A DNA stretch of 64,000 nt from Spirulina sp. (GTDB lineage: Bacteria > Cyanobacteriota > Cyanobacteriia > Phormidesmidales > Phormidesmidaceae): the NCBI GenBank assembly GCA_044070495.1, contig JBIPSI010000002.1, positions 32,001 through 96,000 of the forward strand, in the 5' to 3' direction. Below the pieces are notes generated by a model that worked only from the letters and a program-made list of their open reading frames with translations, ran no database searches and had not been told where the DNA came from. Of the stretch, positions 18,881 through 27,777 are shown in pieces. Both the position numbers and the translations under genes were made by a program. Every line of letters starts with the position of its first letter. Within the stretch, counting starts at the first letter, position 1.

Positions 18881-20290
18881 TTATGAGGCAGGGTCGGCCT
18901 TGGCGGCAACGGCATCTTCCTCGGAGCCTTTGAAGGCGATACGGAGGAAGGGTGGGGCCAGGAAGGTGGTGGCAATCACCATGATGATGATGGCCGCTTC
19001 CAGGGGCTTGGACAGCACGCCGCTGGCGGAACCGATGCCCGCAAATACCAGGCCCACCTCACCACGGGGCACCATGCCGATGCCGATGGCCAGTTTATTG
19101 AGTTGGGCTTGGCCGAAGGTGGTCCAGCCCGTGATCACCTTGCCCAGAATGGCGACGGCCAGCAGGAAGACCGCAATCACCAGGCCTTCGCGGTTGGCGG
19201 GAACGGCGGGGTTGAGCACACCCAGGTCGGCCTTGGCCCCCACGGTGACGAAGAAAATCGGCACCAGGATGTCGGCGATGGGCATCACTTGGCGATCCAG
19301 TTCCTTGCGCTTGTCGGTTTCATCCAGCACTAGGCCAGCGGCGAAGGCTCCCAGAATGGCCTCCAGGTGAATGACGTTGGCCAAGAAAGCCATCAAAAAG
19401 GCGAAGGTGAGGGCGGGGATGACCAGGTTGCCGCGCGTTTGCAGTTTGTCGGCAATGGCGACGAAGGAACTGTTGAAGAATTTACCCAGGAAGATGGCCC
19501 CCAGCAGGAACCCGGTGGCGCTGACGATCAGGTAGATGACGTTCATCACGTCTACCTCGCCCGTTTTGGCTAAGCTAGCGACCACAGCCAGGACAATGAT
19601 GCCCAACACGTCGTCAATCACCGCCGCACCAACGATGATTTGCCCTTCGGCGGATTTAAGCTGGCCAATTTCCGACAGCACCTTGGAGGTAATGCCGATA
19701 CTGGTGGCGGTCAATGCGGCCCCGGCAAAGATAGCGGGAATGGTGGGCACATGGAACAGGGTCATCAGCCCTACGGTGCCCAGGGCAAAGGGGGCGGCCA
19801 CACCGACAACGGCCACAATCGCCGCCTGGTAGCCCACTTTTTGCAGTTCGCGCAGGTCGGATTCTAGGCCGATCTCAAACAATAGGATGATGACGCCCAG
19901 TTCTGCCAGCACCGAAACCACTTCGCTCTGGCTGTGGAAGACCTCGGTGACCGCTTCGGGGGACAATCCACCCAGCCATTGCAGCAGGTGCATCAGTTGA
20001 GAATCCGCCGCCATCGCCCCGCTTTCGGGGAAAACAATCAGGTTCAGGGCGGAGGTACCCACAATCACCCCGGCCACCAATTCCCCCAGCACCGGGGGCA
20101 GGTCTACCAGGCGAGACAGTTCGCCCCCCAGTTTGCTGGCGATGTAGATCACCACCAGGCTGAGCAGAACCCCAGCTAGGACAAGCGGCCCAACTTCGGC
20201 ATCCACTTCAGGAGCCGCCGCCAGCAGTCCCCAGGATGCGGCGGCCTCTAGCCCCCTCGAAATCATCGTCACACCATTCAAATCAACCAT
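18881..20290 (-). CDS. nhaS3: CPA2-family Na+/H+ antiporter NhaS3
   Basis: LVLAGVLLSLVVIYIASKLGGEL, ATSIGIT, AAVIDDVLG, GMVPRGEVG; GAGG Shine-Dalgarno before ATG 20290. Confidence 0.9.
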   Translation of the reverse strand: MVDLNGVTMISRGLEAAASWGLLAAAPEVDAEVGPLVLAGVLLSLVVIYIASKLGGELSRLVDLPPVLGELVAGVIVGTSALNLIVFPESGAMAADSQLMHLLQWLGGLSPEAVTEVFHSQSEVVSVLAELGVIILLFEIGLESDLRELQKVGYQAAIVAVVGVAAPFALGTVGLMTLFHVPTIPAIFAGAALTATSIGITSKVLSEIGQLKSAEGQIIVGAAVIDDVLGIIVLAVVASLAKTGEVDVMNVIYLIVSATGFLLGAIFLGKFFNSSFVAIADKLQTRGNLVIPALTFAFLMAFLANVIHLEAILGAFAAGLVLDETDKRKELDRQVMPIADILVPIFFVTVGAKADLGVLNPAVPANREGLVIAVFLLAVAILGKVITGWTTFGQAQLNKLAIGIGMVPRGEVGLVFAGIGSASGVLSKPLEAAIIIMVIATTFLAPPFLRIAFKGSEEDAVAAKADPAS

Positions 20291-20377
20291 AGATACCTCT
20301 ATCGAATCTCCGTCAAATCTCTGGCAAATCTGTATCAAATCCGCGTTAGGGCGACCGTGGCCCATCGCCCCAGGATA

Positions 20378-21451
20378 TTAGCTCCATAAAATCAACCCTA
20401 TGGCCCCCAAGAAAATCGCCACAATTTGCCCAATCAGGAGCCAGCGATCCACCTTGATCACTTGGTGATACCGTTCCGGTTTCCCTTCCTTAATCCAGTC
20501 GGCAGTGAGAATCGCCTCGGCGATGGAAAGAAAGATCAAAACGTAGGCGATCACGTAGATCTTATCCATCAAGACCAGGTAGCCAATATCGGGCAGACTT
20601 GAGGAATAGGACTCCTGCAAAAATACCGTGGTCAGCAGGGCGGTGACGGGGAGGGCAATGCGAGAATCGCTGTATTCAGGATTGAGCAGCAGCGATCCCC
20701 AACTGGAGGCCACCACGATCACTAGGGGCAACAGCAACTTCCAAAGAAAGAAGCTGGGGGGTCGAGCAATTTGAAGGGAATACTTGAGAATCGAATGCTG
20801 GGCTCCATCGCCTAGGCGAGTATCTCCAAAGTTAGTGCTGTATTCGCGCAGCAGCGTCTCCAGTTTAAACCCCATAATGCGCCAGCCAGGAATCGCCAAG
20901 GTCTCGGAGTAGCCCGACTGATCGGGTTCTGCCACGTAGACTAAATCATCGATGGTGTAGGCAGAGTTTTCCAAGATAAGGCTTAAATAATGGCGATCCA
21001 AAGGGTATCGAGCCAGGGAAAGGGGCTGCACAAAACGGCCCTCAACCCGCCAAATTTGGTATTGACGATTATCCTCTAAAATTTCAGGCTCCTCATAGGT
21101 CGGCGTGATCACCATGCCCCAATCATCCACCCCATTGGAAAACTCCAACTGAGCGAGGGGATCAATGTCCCCCTGCCACTTAAACCAGGCATAAAAATCG
21201 GCGTAGTAGGTATTGCTGGATGGATCTAAATCGTAGACATTCATCGCAAACAATCCGGTTTCAACAATTGCAGATTGGCTCGGTACCGTGGTCAGGGGTT
21301 GGAAGACATGGTAGAGATCCACCCCGTCCTCCGATTGTCGTAATCCCAGTTGGAGTAGAACCGTAACTAGAGCAACGCTTAGGGCGGCGAAGACAAAGGT
21401 ACGGGCTTTGTGCCGTCTACTCCAAGGCAAAAGTTGGTGAAGAAAATGCAT
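20378..21451 (-). CDS. Pentameric ligand-gated ion channel subunit (GLIC/ELIC-like), copy A
   Basis: VETGLF...YYADFYAWFKW, Pro-loop SLARYPLDRHYL, IPGWRI, ARPPSFFLWKLLLP, M2 DSRIALPVTALLTTVFLQE, LPDIGYLVLMD, M4. Confidence 0.88.
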   Translation of the reverse strand: MHFLHQLLPWSRRHKARTFVFAALSVALVTVLLQLGLRQSEDGVDLYHVFQPLTTVPSQSAIVETGLFAMNVYDLDPSSNTYYADFYAWFKWQGDIDPLAQLEFSNGVDDWGMVITPTYEEPEILEDNRQYQIWRVEGRFVQPLSLARYPLDRHYLSLILENSAYTIDDLVYVAEPDQSGYSETLAIPGWRIMGFKLETLLREYSTNFGDTRLGDGAQHSILKYSLQIARPPSFFLWKLLLPLVIVVASSWGSLLLNPEYSDSRIALPVTALLTTVFLQESYSSSLPDIGYLVLMDKIYVIAYVLIFLSIAEAILTADWIKEGKPERYHQVIKVDRWLLIGQIVAIFLGAIGLILWS

Positions 21452-21488
21452 GGTCTAGGGGGCGTAACAGGGCCATTCGGCAGGGGTA

Positions 21489-21589
21489 GAGGTAGGGTGG
21501 CAGTGCCCACCCTAAGGTTCCTAGGAAATATACCCCCGCCATCGGCCCATCCTACTGCCCCGGAGGTAGGGTGGCAGTGCCCACCCTAC
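21489..21589. repeat. Cluster of GTAG-type REP palindromes between bicA and pLGIC-A
   Basis: GAGGTAGGGTGGCAGTGCCCACCCTA at 21489-21514 and 21563-21588, plus a degenerate copy ending CCCATCCTAC at about 21538-21555. Confidence 0.75.
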
Positions 21590-21593
21590 GGAG

Positions 21594-23297
21594 CTAGAGC
21601 ATGCGGGGCACTTCCGATCCGGCGGTATCACCGGAGTAGTCGATGCCGTCGATGGCCGCGAGGACTTTGAGGGAGGCCTTCAGGGCTTCGGCGCGGGTTT
21701 GGACGAGGTGTTTGGCGGGGACAAACCGCAGCACACCTAGTTTTTCTAGGCGTTTCAGGGTTTTGCCCTTCGCGCCAACCAGGAACACCTGCCGTCCGGC
21801 GTCCGCCGCATCTTGGATGGCGTTTTCTAGGGCCAGGGCCGCTGTCACGCCCAGGTGGGGCACGTCTTGCAAGTCCACAATCAGCACATCGTGGTCTTCC
21901 ATGGCGGTATGTTCTTGGGAAATGGCCCGTGCCACGCCGAAGATCATGGGGCCATCCAGGTGGAAGAGCAGAATCCGGCCCTTAGCCCGATCCATGAGGG
22001 CGCTTTCTTCGTCGTTGAGGGGAAAGTCGCCGTCGAAGTCGGTGATGGTTTTTACGCCCTCTGATTGCAGGCTGCTGAGGCGGTCGATGGTGAGCATGTT
22101 GGCGATGAACACGCCCACCCCCACGGCCACAATCAAGTCCACAAACACGGTCAGGAACATCACCCCGTACATAATGGCGGTGCCCTTCCAGGACACATGG
22201 TGCGCCCGCTTCAGGAAGCTCCAGTCCAAAATATCGAAGCCGACCTTGACGGCAATCCCCGCTAGCACCGCCAGGGGAATCACCTTGGTGAGCGGAGCCG
22301 CCCAGAGAACGACCACCAGCAGAATCGCCGCCCGAATCAGACCCGACAGCGCCGTGCGGCCCCCGGCCTGGATGTTGACCACCGTCCCCATGGTGGCCCC
22401 AGCACCGGGCATCCCGCCAAACAGACCGGACATCAGGTTGCCGATCCCTTGGCCAATCAGTTCTTTGTTGGGGTCGCTTTGGGTGCGGGTAATGCTGTCG
22501 GCAATCATCGCCGTCAGCAGGGCATCAATACAGCCCAACATCCCCAGCACCAAGCCATCCACCAGCATCACCCGCAGTTGGTCGGCGCTGAACATGGGCA
22601 GTTGCAGCGTCGGCAATCCGGTGGGAATTTCCCCAATCAGGCGCAGATCGGCATTGGCAAACACCGTCAGGGCCAGAATCGTCCCGGCCACCAGCACCAA
22701 CAACTGAGGCGGTACCCAGCGCTTTAACTGCTTCGGCATCAGGAACAGCACCGCCAGGGAGAACACCCCCAGGGCCACCTCCGCCGGATCGAGGGTGCTG
22801 ATTAGCGTCGGCAAACTGGTGAGGGTGCCGACCACGCCGCCCTTGGGAGTGGCATGGCCCAAAAATGGCCCCAGTTGCAGGATAATTAGAATCACCCCAA
22901 TGCCCGACATAAACCCAGAAATCACCGGGTAGGGCATGAGGGTAACGTAGCGCCCCAGCTTGAGAAATCCAAAGATAATCTGGAAAAAACCCGCCAGCAT
23001 GGCGACCGTAAAGGCCATGGCCATACCATTTTCGGGATTGGCCGCCACCAGTTGAGCGATCACAGCGGTAAACACCACCGTCATCGGCCCCGTAGGTTCA
23101 GAAATTAGCGTGGGTGTGCCCCCAAACAACGCCGCAAAAAAGCCCACGATCACAGCCCCATAGAGACCGGATGCAGGCCCAGCCCCAGAGGCCACCCCAA
23201 AGGCCAGGGCCATCGGTAGCGCAATCACCGCTGCGGTGACGCCCCCAAACAAGTCACCCCGCCAGTGGCGGAAGCTAATTCGATTTGTGATGCCCAT
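21594..23297 (-). CDS. bicA: SulP/SLC26 Na+-dependent bicarbonate transporter BicA
   Basis: MGITNRISF...RGDLFGGVTAAVIALPMALAFGVASGAG, ISEPTGPMT, GCIDALLT, GAGATMGTV, C-terminal STAS domain (GPMIFG). Confidence 0.92.
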   Translation of the reverse strand: MGITNRISFRHWRGDLFGGVTAAVIALPMALAFGVASGAGPASGLYGAVIVGFFAALFGGTPTLISEPTGPMTVVFTAVIAQLVAANPENGMAMAFTVAMLAGFFQIIFGFLKLGRYVTLMPYPVISGFMSGIGVILIILQLGPFLGHATPKGGVVGTLTSLPTLISTLDPAEVALGVFSLAVLFLMPKQLKRWVPPQLLVLVAGTILALTVFANADLRLIGEIPTGLPTLQLPMFSADQLRVMLVDGLVLGMLGCIDALLTAMIADSITRTQSDPNKELIGQGIGNLMSGLFGGMPGAGATMGTVVNIQAGGRTALSGLIRAAILLVVVLWAAPLTKVIPLAVLAGIAVKVGFDILDWSFLKRAHHVSWKGTAIMYGVMFLTVFVDLIVAVGVGVFIANMLTIDRLSSLQSEGVKTITDFDGDFPLNDEESALMDRAKGRILLFHLDGPMIFGVARAISQEHTAMEDHDVLIVDLQDVPHLGVTAALALENAIQDAADAGRQVFLVGAKGKTLKRLEKLGVLRFVPAKHLVQTRAEALKASLKVLAAIDGIDYSGDTAGSEVPRML

Positions 23298-23349
23298 CGC
23301 CAGCACCTAAATCCTTTTATTGAAGTTAATAAATGTTGAAAACTTTTGC

Positions 23350-23365
23350 ATCGACAAAAGTCTAT
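23350..23365 (-). promoter_or_regulatory. NdhR/CcmR-like operator (ATAG-N8-CTAT, one mismatch)
   Basis: Minus strand ATAG-ACTTTTGT-CGAT in the AT-rich region about 55 bp upstream of the bicA start. Confidence 0.6.
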
Positions 23366-23452
23366 ACATAGAACCATAACATCTCCGTTCGGCAAATCTC
23401 ACGGGATCTACGATTGATTTTCCTGATAGGGGTGAAAAGCTGGTGGAATAAC

Positions 23453-23848
23453 CTAATCGCGCTGTTCGAGGTGCTGGCGGATAGCCTTAAGCTCCTCCAG
23501 AATTTGCCGCAACAGGTCGGTGGTGACGGTTTCTGTGGCGGGCTGCACCTGAATCACGGGCTGAAGCCCCAGTACTTCCTCAGCAAAGCGGCGCACCTCC
23601 TGGGGCCGAAACACCAAGGGTTCGTCCTTATTCTGGCGTAGTTCGGGGTTGAGTTTTCTGGGATCGTAGGGCGGGTTGAGGAGGTCGGGGTCGGTGTTGG
23701 CGTAGCGGTAGACCGAGGCCCGCGAGCGGTTGAGATAGCGCTGCACGTCGTCAATGGTCAACCCCGACTCTGGGGTCGGGAAGGTAGCCCCTAAGCTGGG
23801 CTTGGTAACGTTGGACAATTCGCTGGGGGAAAAATCGGGGAAACTCAT
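23453..23848 (-). CDS. Small HTH protein (excisionase/HTH_17-like; cyanobacterial 'resolvase'-annotated family)
   Basis: LTIDDVQRYLNRSRASVYRY HTH and C-terminal amphipathic helix; no catalytic recombinase domain visible. Confidence 0.7.
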   Translation of the reverse strand: MSFPDFSPSELSNVTKPSLGATFPTPESGLTIDDVQRYLNRSRASVYRYANTDPDLLNPPYDPRKLNPELRQNKDEPLVFRPQEVRRFAEEVLGLQPVIQVQPATETVTTDLLRQILEELKAIRQHLEQRD

Positions 23849-24043
23849 GACGGCAGCGGCGCAAACCTAGGGTGCTGTTGGGGTGACGCGATATTCGTTG
23901 GTTACTTTAGCAGGTTCAGCCGAGTACTCCTTATATTCTAGAGCGGGCAATTGTTCTGGGGCTATTGCCCCGTTAGAACCTCGAACGGGCTACTATTTGA
24001 GGGAATTTGGTCAGGGAGATTTGGGCGAATCCGCCGATTGGTC

Positions 24044-26650
24044 ATGGTACACAAGCGCCTAGAACCGTTCCTCAGTCGAAAGCGCGTGGCCGTGGTAGAA
24101 GCCTGCGTGATTGGGCTGGTGTCGGGGCTGGCGGCGGTGTTGCTGAAGCAGGGAGTAGAATGGCTGACCCTGTGGCGTACGAATACGACCCTGCCTCTAT
24201 GGGTGGCGCTGCCGCTGATTGGCCTGGGGGGCGGCTATCTATCGGGCTGGCTGGTAGAGCGACTGGCCCCGGAGGCATCGGGCAGCGGCATTCCCCAGGT
24301 GAAGGCGGCGCTGGGGTTTGCCAAGATGCCCCTAAATTTGCGGGTGGCGCTGGTGAAATTGGTCAGTACCCTTTTGGCCCTGGGGTCTGGGCTGTCTTTG
24401 GGGCGGCAGGGGCCAACGGTGCAGATTGGGGCGGCCCTGGCGGCGCAGCTTAGTCGTTGGGTGCCCACTTCGCCGGAGTATCGGCGGCAGCTCATTTCGG
24501 CAGGAGCGGCGGCGGGGCTGGCGGCGGGGTTCAATGCGCCCATTGCCGGGGTGTTGTTTGTGGTGGAGGAACTGCTTCAGGATTTTTCCGACCTCACCCT
24601 GGGCAGCGCCATTTTGGCCTCGTTTATTGGAGCAGTGGTGTCGCGGCTGCTGGGGGGGCAGGGGCTAAACCTGGTGATGGAGGCCAAGCCCGTTAGCCTG
24701 TCGGTCTATGACCTGCCCTTTTTGGTGGTTTTGGGATTGCTGGCGGGACTGCTGGGGTCACTGTTTCGGCGGGGCATTTTTGGCAGCTTGGCCTTTTTTA
24801 GGCAATTTAAAACCCTCGGCCTGCCCGGTCGCATTGGCCTAGCAGGGCTGGTGACGGGGCTGGTAGGGGTGTTTGTGCCCGTGGCCGCTGTGGATAATAC
24901 GGGTCTTCAGGAATTTCTGGTGACCGGATCGGCGGGCTGGAAACTGATTGCCGTGGCCTTTGTCGTCAAGTTTTTGCTGACCCTGCTGGCCTACGGCTCT
25001 GGGGCGGCGGGGGGTATTTTTGCGCCCTCCCTGGTGCTGGGGGCGGCACTGGGATGCCTAGTGAGTTTTTTGGCCCAGGGAGCCTACACGGGATTTGGGG
25101 CATGGCCGATGCCGGAAGCCCTGGGCAGCACCACCACCTACGCCCTCACCGGGATGGGAGCCTTTTTTAGCGCGGTGACGGGGGTGCCGATTACGGCCAT
25201 CGTCATCGTGTTTGAGATGACCGCCAACTTTAATCTGGTGCTGCCGCTGATGATTGGCTCCGGTATCGCCTACCTGATTGCCGACCGGGCCAACCGAGGC
25301 TCCATCTACAATCGCCTGCTGGAACTGAAGGGCATCCACCTGGAACCTGTGGCCCAGGCCAATAATCCCTGGGCACACCTCACCGCCGCCGACCTGATGC
25401 AGCGCCGGGTAGAAACCCTCTCCAGCCAGATCACCCTACCGGAAGTCGTGCAGGCTTTTTCGAGATCCCACCATCGCGGCTTTCCGGTATTGGAAGAAGG
25501 GCGACTGGTGGGCATCGTTACCCAAAGCGACCTGGGTGAGGCCAGCAGTCAGGGGCTAGAACCCTACCTCACCCTGAAGGATTTGATGACGCCCCACCCC
25601 GTCACCGTGGCCCCCGATGCGCCTCTGCCCAGGGTGCTACACCTGCTGAACCGCCTCAAGCTCAGCCGTTTGCCCGTCACCGAGGGCAACAAACTGGTGG
25701 GCATCATCACCCGTGCCGACATCATCCGGGCCGAGTCGGATCAAGTCAGCGGCGACCTGCCAGAACTTGGCCCCCAGGCCGAACCCTCCTACGTCGTCTT
25801 CCAGCAACGCGCTCCGGCCACGGGGCAGGGTCGTTTATTGGTGCCCCTAGCCGACCCCCAAACCGCCCCCGACTTAATCAAAATTTCCGCCGCCATTGCC
25901 CACGGTCTGCACTACGAATTGGAGTGCGTCCATGTGGTGCGGGTGCCGCGCAGTGTCGCCCCCGCCGAAGCCAGGGTAGACCTGCAAACGGCGGAACCCC
26001 TGCGCCAACTGGCCCTCTCCTACGCCGAACACAGTGGCCTGTCGGTGCATTTCCAAGTCCGCGCCGCCCACGAAATTGGCCGCACCCTGCTGGAAGTCAT
26101 CCGCGACCGCCACATCGACCTCGTCCTCATGGGCTGGCACCACCCCACCCTCACCCCCGGTCGCGTCATCAACAGCGTGGTGGATACCCTGATTCGCCAA
26201 GCCCCCTGCCAGGTGCTCGTCGTCCGCCCAGGCCGCAACCTCAGCTTTAACCACTGGCTGCTACCCACGGCGGGCGGCCCCAATGCCCAAAGCGCCCACC
26301 GCCTGCTGCCCGGACTGATCACCCTCGGCAAAACCCCCGACGTTCACCTCTGCACCATCTGCCACCCCGAACAGGGCAAATGCCTTACGCCGCAGTACCT
26401 CTCTACCCTCGCCGATGACCTCGAAGCCGCCCTGAATCGGCCCGTCCGTACCCATGTCGTCACCCACACCTCGGTATCCGAGGCCATCCTCGACCTCTCC
26501 CAACAGTGCCAAAGCGACGCCATTCTGCTGGGGGCTTCCCGTGAAAACCTGCTCAGCCAAGTGCTGAAGGGCAACGTGCCCCTAGAAATTGCCCAACAAA
26601 CCGATATCACGATCATCCTGCTGCGCCAAGTGGAGGATGAGAGCGAGTAG
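24044..26650 (+). CDS. CLC-family chloride channel/transporter with a CBS pair and tandem USP domains
   Basis: GSGIP, GRQGP, GFNAPIAG, GIFAP, SIY; CBS motifs (HRGFPV, LSRLPV); USP-like LLVP...DLVLMG and DAILLGA. Confidence 0.92.
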   Translation: MVHKRLEPFLSRKRVAVVEACVIGLVSGLAAVLLKQGVEWLTLWRTNTTLPLWVALPLIGLGGGYLSGWLVERLAPEASGSGIPQVKAALGFAKMPLNLRVALVKLVSTLLALGSGLSLGRQGPTVQIGAALAAQLSRWVPTSPEYRRQLISAGAAAGLAAGFNAPIAGVLFVVEELLQDFSDLTLGSAILASFIGAVVSRLLGGQGLNLVMEAKPVSLSVYDLPFLVVLGLLAGLLGSLFRRGIFGSLAFFRQFKTLGLPGRIGLAGLVTGLVGVFVPVAAVDNTGLQEFLVTGSAGWKLIAVAFVVKFLLTLLAYGSGAAGGIFAPSLVLGAALGCLVSFLAQGAYTGFGAWPMPEALGSTTTYALTGMGAFFSAVTGVPITAIVIVFEMTANFNLVLPLMIGSGIAYLIADRANRGSIYNRLLELKGIHLEPVAQANNPWAHLTAADLMQRRVETLSSQITLPEVVQAFSRSHHRGFPVLEEGRLVGIVTQSDLGEASSQGLEPYLTLKDLMTPHPVTVAPDAPLPRVLHLLNRLKLSRLPVTEGNKLVGIITRADIIRAESDQVSGDLPELGPQAEPSYVVFQQRAPATGQGRLLVPLADPQTAPDLIKISAAIAHGLHYELECVHVVRVPRSVAPAEARVDLQTAEPLRQLALSYAEHSGLSVHFQVRAAHEIGRTLLEVIRDRHIDLVLMGWHHPTLTPGRVINSVVDTLIRQAPCQVLVVRPGRNLSFNHWLLPTAGGPNAQSAHRLLPGLITLGKTPDVHLCTICHPEQGKCLTPQYLSTLADDLEAALNRPVRTHVVTHTSVSEAILDLSQQCQSDAILLGASRENLLSQVLKGNVPLEIAQQTDITIILLRQVEDESE

Positions 26651-26681
26651 AAGGCAACTCATACCCAATTCGCAGGTAGTC

Positions 26682-27719
26682 CTAGGGAAGCCAGCCCTGG
26701 CTCCTGAGCCGTTCCCAGGCAACCTTGAGATGCTGAGGCTTAAAGATTTGACGCTTGCGATCACTCCAGGCTTGTACCCCATCGATGGCAACCGCCACAT
26801 CTATGGCGGCTTGGGGGTTGTGCTTAGCGACCCAATGCACCGTCGCCAGCATCTCCATGCCGTAGGGGGTCTCAAACCCTTCAATGAGCTGACTCACCTG
26901 ATCGAGTCGCTGGTGGGCATCGGGATGGTCGGCCAAAAACGTGGCGGCAGCCTCTCGGCCCTGGGGTAGCACGGTAATTTGTGACCGCTGGGAGCGATCC
27001 CCGTAGCCCTGGATGTAGTGTCCATCAATGCGCTGAAGGGCGTGGTTGAGCTTGTCGGCGTAGGGGCCGTAGTGGTGTGGCTTAAACTCCAGCTTCAGAC
27101 CCGGCTCACCCGCTTCCTGGAGTAGGTAAGCTAGCTTTTGGGCCTCCAGACGCCCCAGGCGATAGCCCGGTATGCCATAGCGATCAAACAAAGACACCAC
27201 CAGCGCCCGTGATCGGGTCATGGGTGGTTTTGAGGTATTGACCTGCACCTGGGCAGCGGCGGGGGCACCTCCCGGCTCAAACAACATGACAGTTATGGCG
27301 GGCAGATCCGCGAAAGCCTCGACAATCAGCGGCTTCACCACCGCCCAATCCAGCCCCCCATTGCCACAGCCCAAGGGCGGAATCGCAATCGATGCTAACC
27401 CCAACCGTTGCACCTCGGCCACCAAGGCCACCAGTCCTGCCTGAATGTCCTCTAGTTTTGATTTGCCCTTCCAGTGGCGCTTGGTGGGAAAGTTGATGAT
27501 GTAGCGCGGATTAAACAGGTTGCCCGTGGCCACGGTGAACATCCGACCGGGCTGCACCTCCCCCTGATCACAGGCCCGCTTATATTGCTTAAAGTTCTCT
27601 GGGAAAGCCTGCTTAAACTGCAAGGCAATACCTTTACCCATCACCCCAACACAGTTCACGGTGTTGACCAGGGCTTCAGCCTTTGCTTCAAGTAGGTTGC
27701 CTTGCCGAAACTCAATCAT
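26682..27719 (-). CDS. darG: DarG antitoxin (macrodomain DNA ADP-ribosyl glycohydrolase plus C-terminal domain)
   Basis: GNLL...ALVNTVNCVGVMGKGIALQFK, INFPTKRHW, IAIPPLGCGNGGL; C-terminal QKLAYLLQ, YGPYA, GFETPYGMEMLATVHW. Confidence 0.92.
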   Translation of the reverse strand: MIEFRQGNLLEAKAEALVNTVNCVGVMGKGIALQFKQAFPENFKQYKRACDQGEVQPGRMFTVATGNLFNPRYIINFPTKRHWKGKSKLEDIQAGLVALVAEVQRLGLASIAIPPLGCGNGGLDWAVVKPLIVEAFADLPAITVMLFEPGGAPAAAQVQVNTSKPPMTRSRALVVSLFDRYGIPGYRLGRLEAQKLAYLLQEAGEPGLKLEFKPHHYGPYADKLNHALQRIDGHYIQGYGDRSQRSQITVLPQGREAAATFLADHPDAHQRLDQVSQLIEGFETPYGMEMLATVHWVAKHNPQAAIDVAVAIDGVQAWSDRKRQIFKPQHLKVAWERLRSQGWLP

Positions 27720-27777
27720 GTCTTAATTGCTTGCCAGTTAATACTATTGTACTGTGATTGTGTAACGAAAGCTAACG

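Noticed and set aside
21489..21589. Two identical 26-bp palindromic repeats 74 nt apart, resembling a mini-CRISPR
   Set aside because: Only two copies, GTAG-REP architecture, a degenerate third REP inside the 'spacer', and no cas genes or leader.
21643..22707. Long antisense ORFs (354 aa here; others at 35329-36066, 47773-48504, 40053-40631)
   Set aside because: They shadow well-supported genes on the opposite strand in GC-rich DNA and carry no recognisable motifs.
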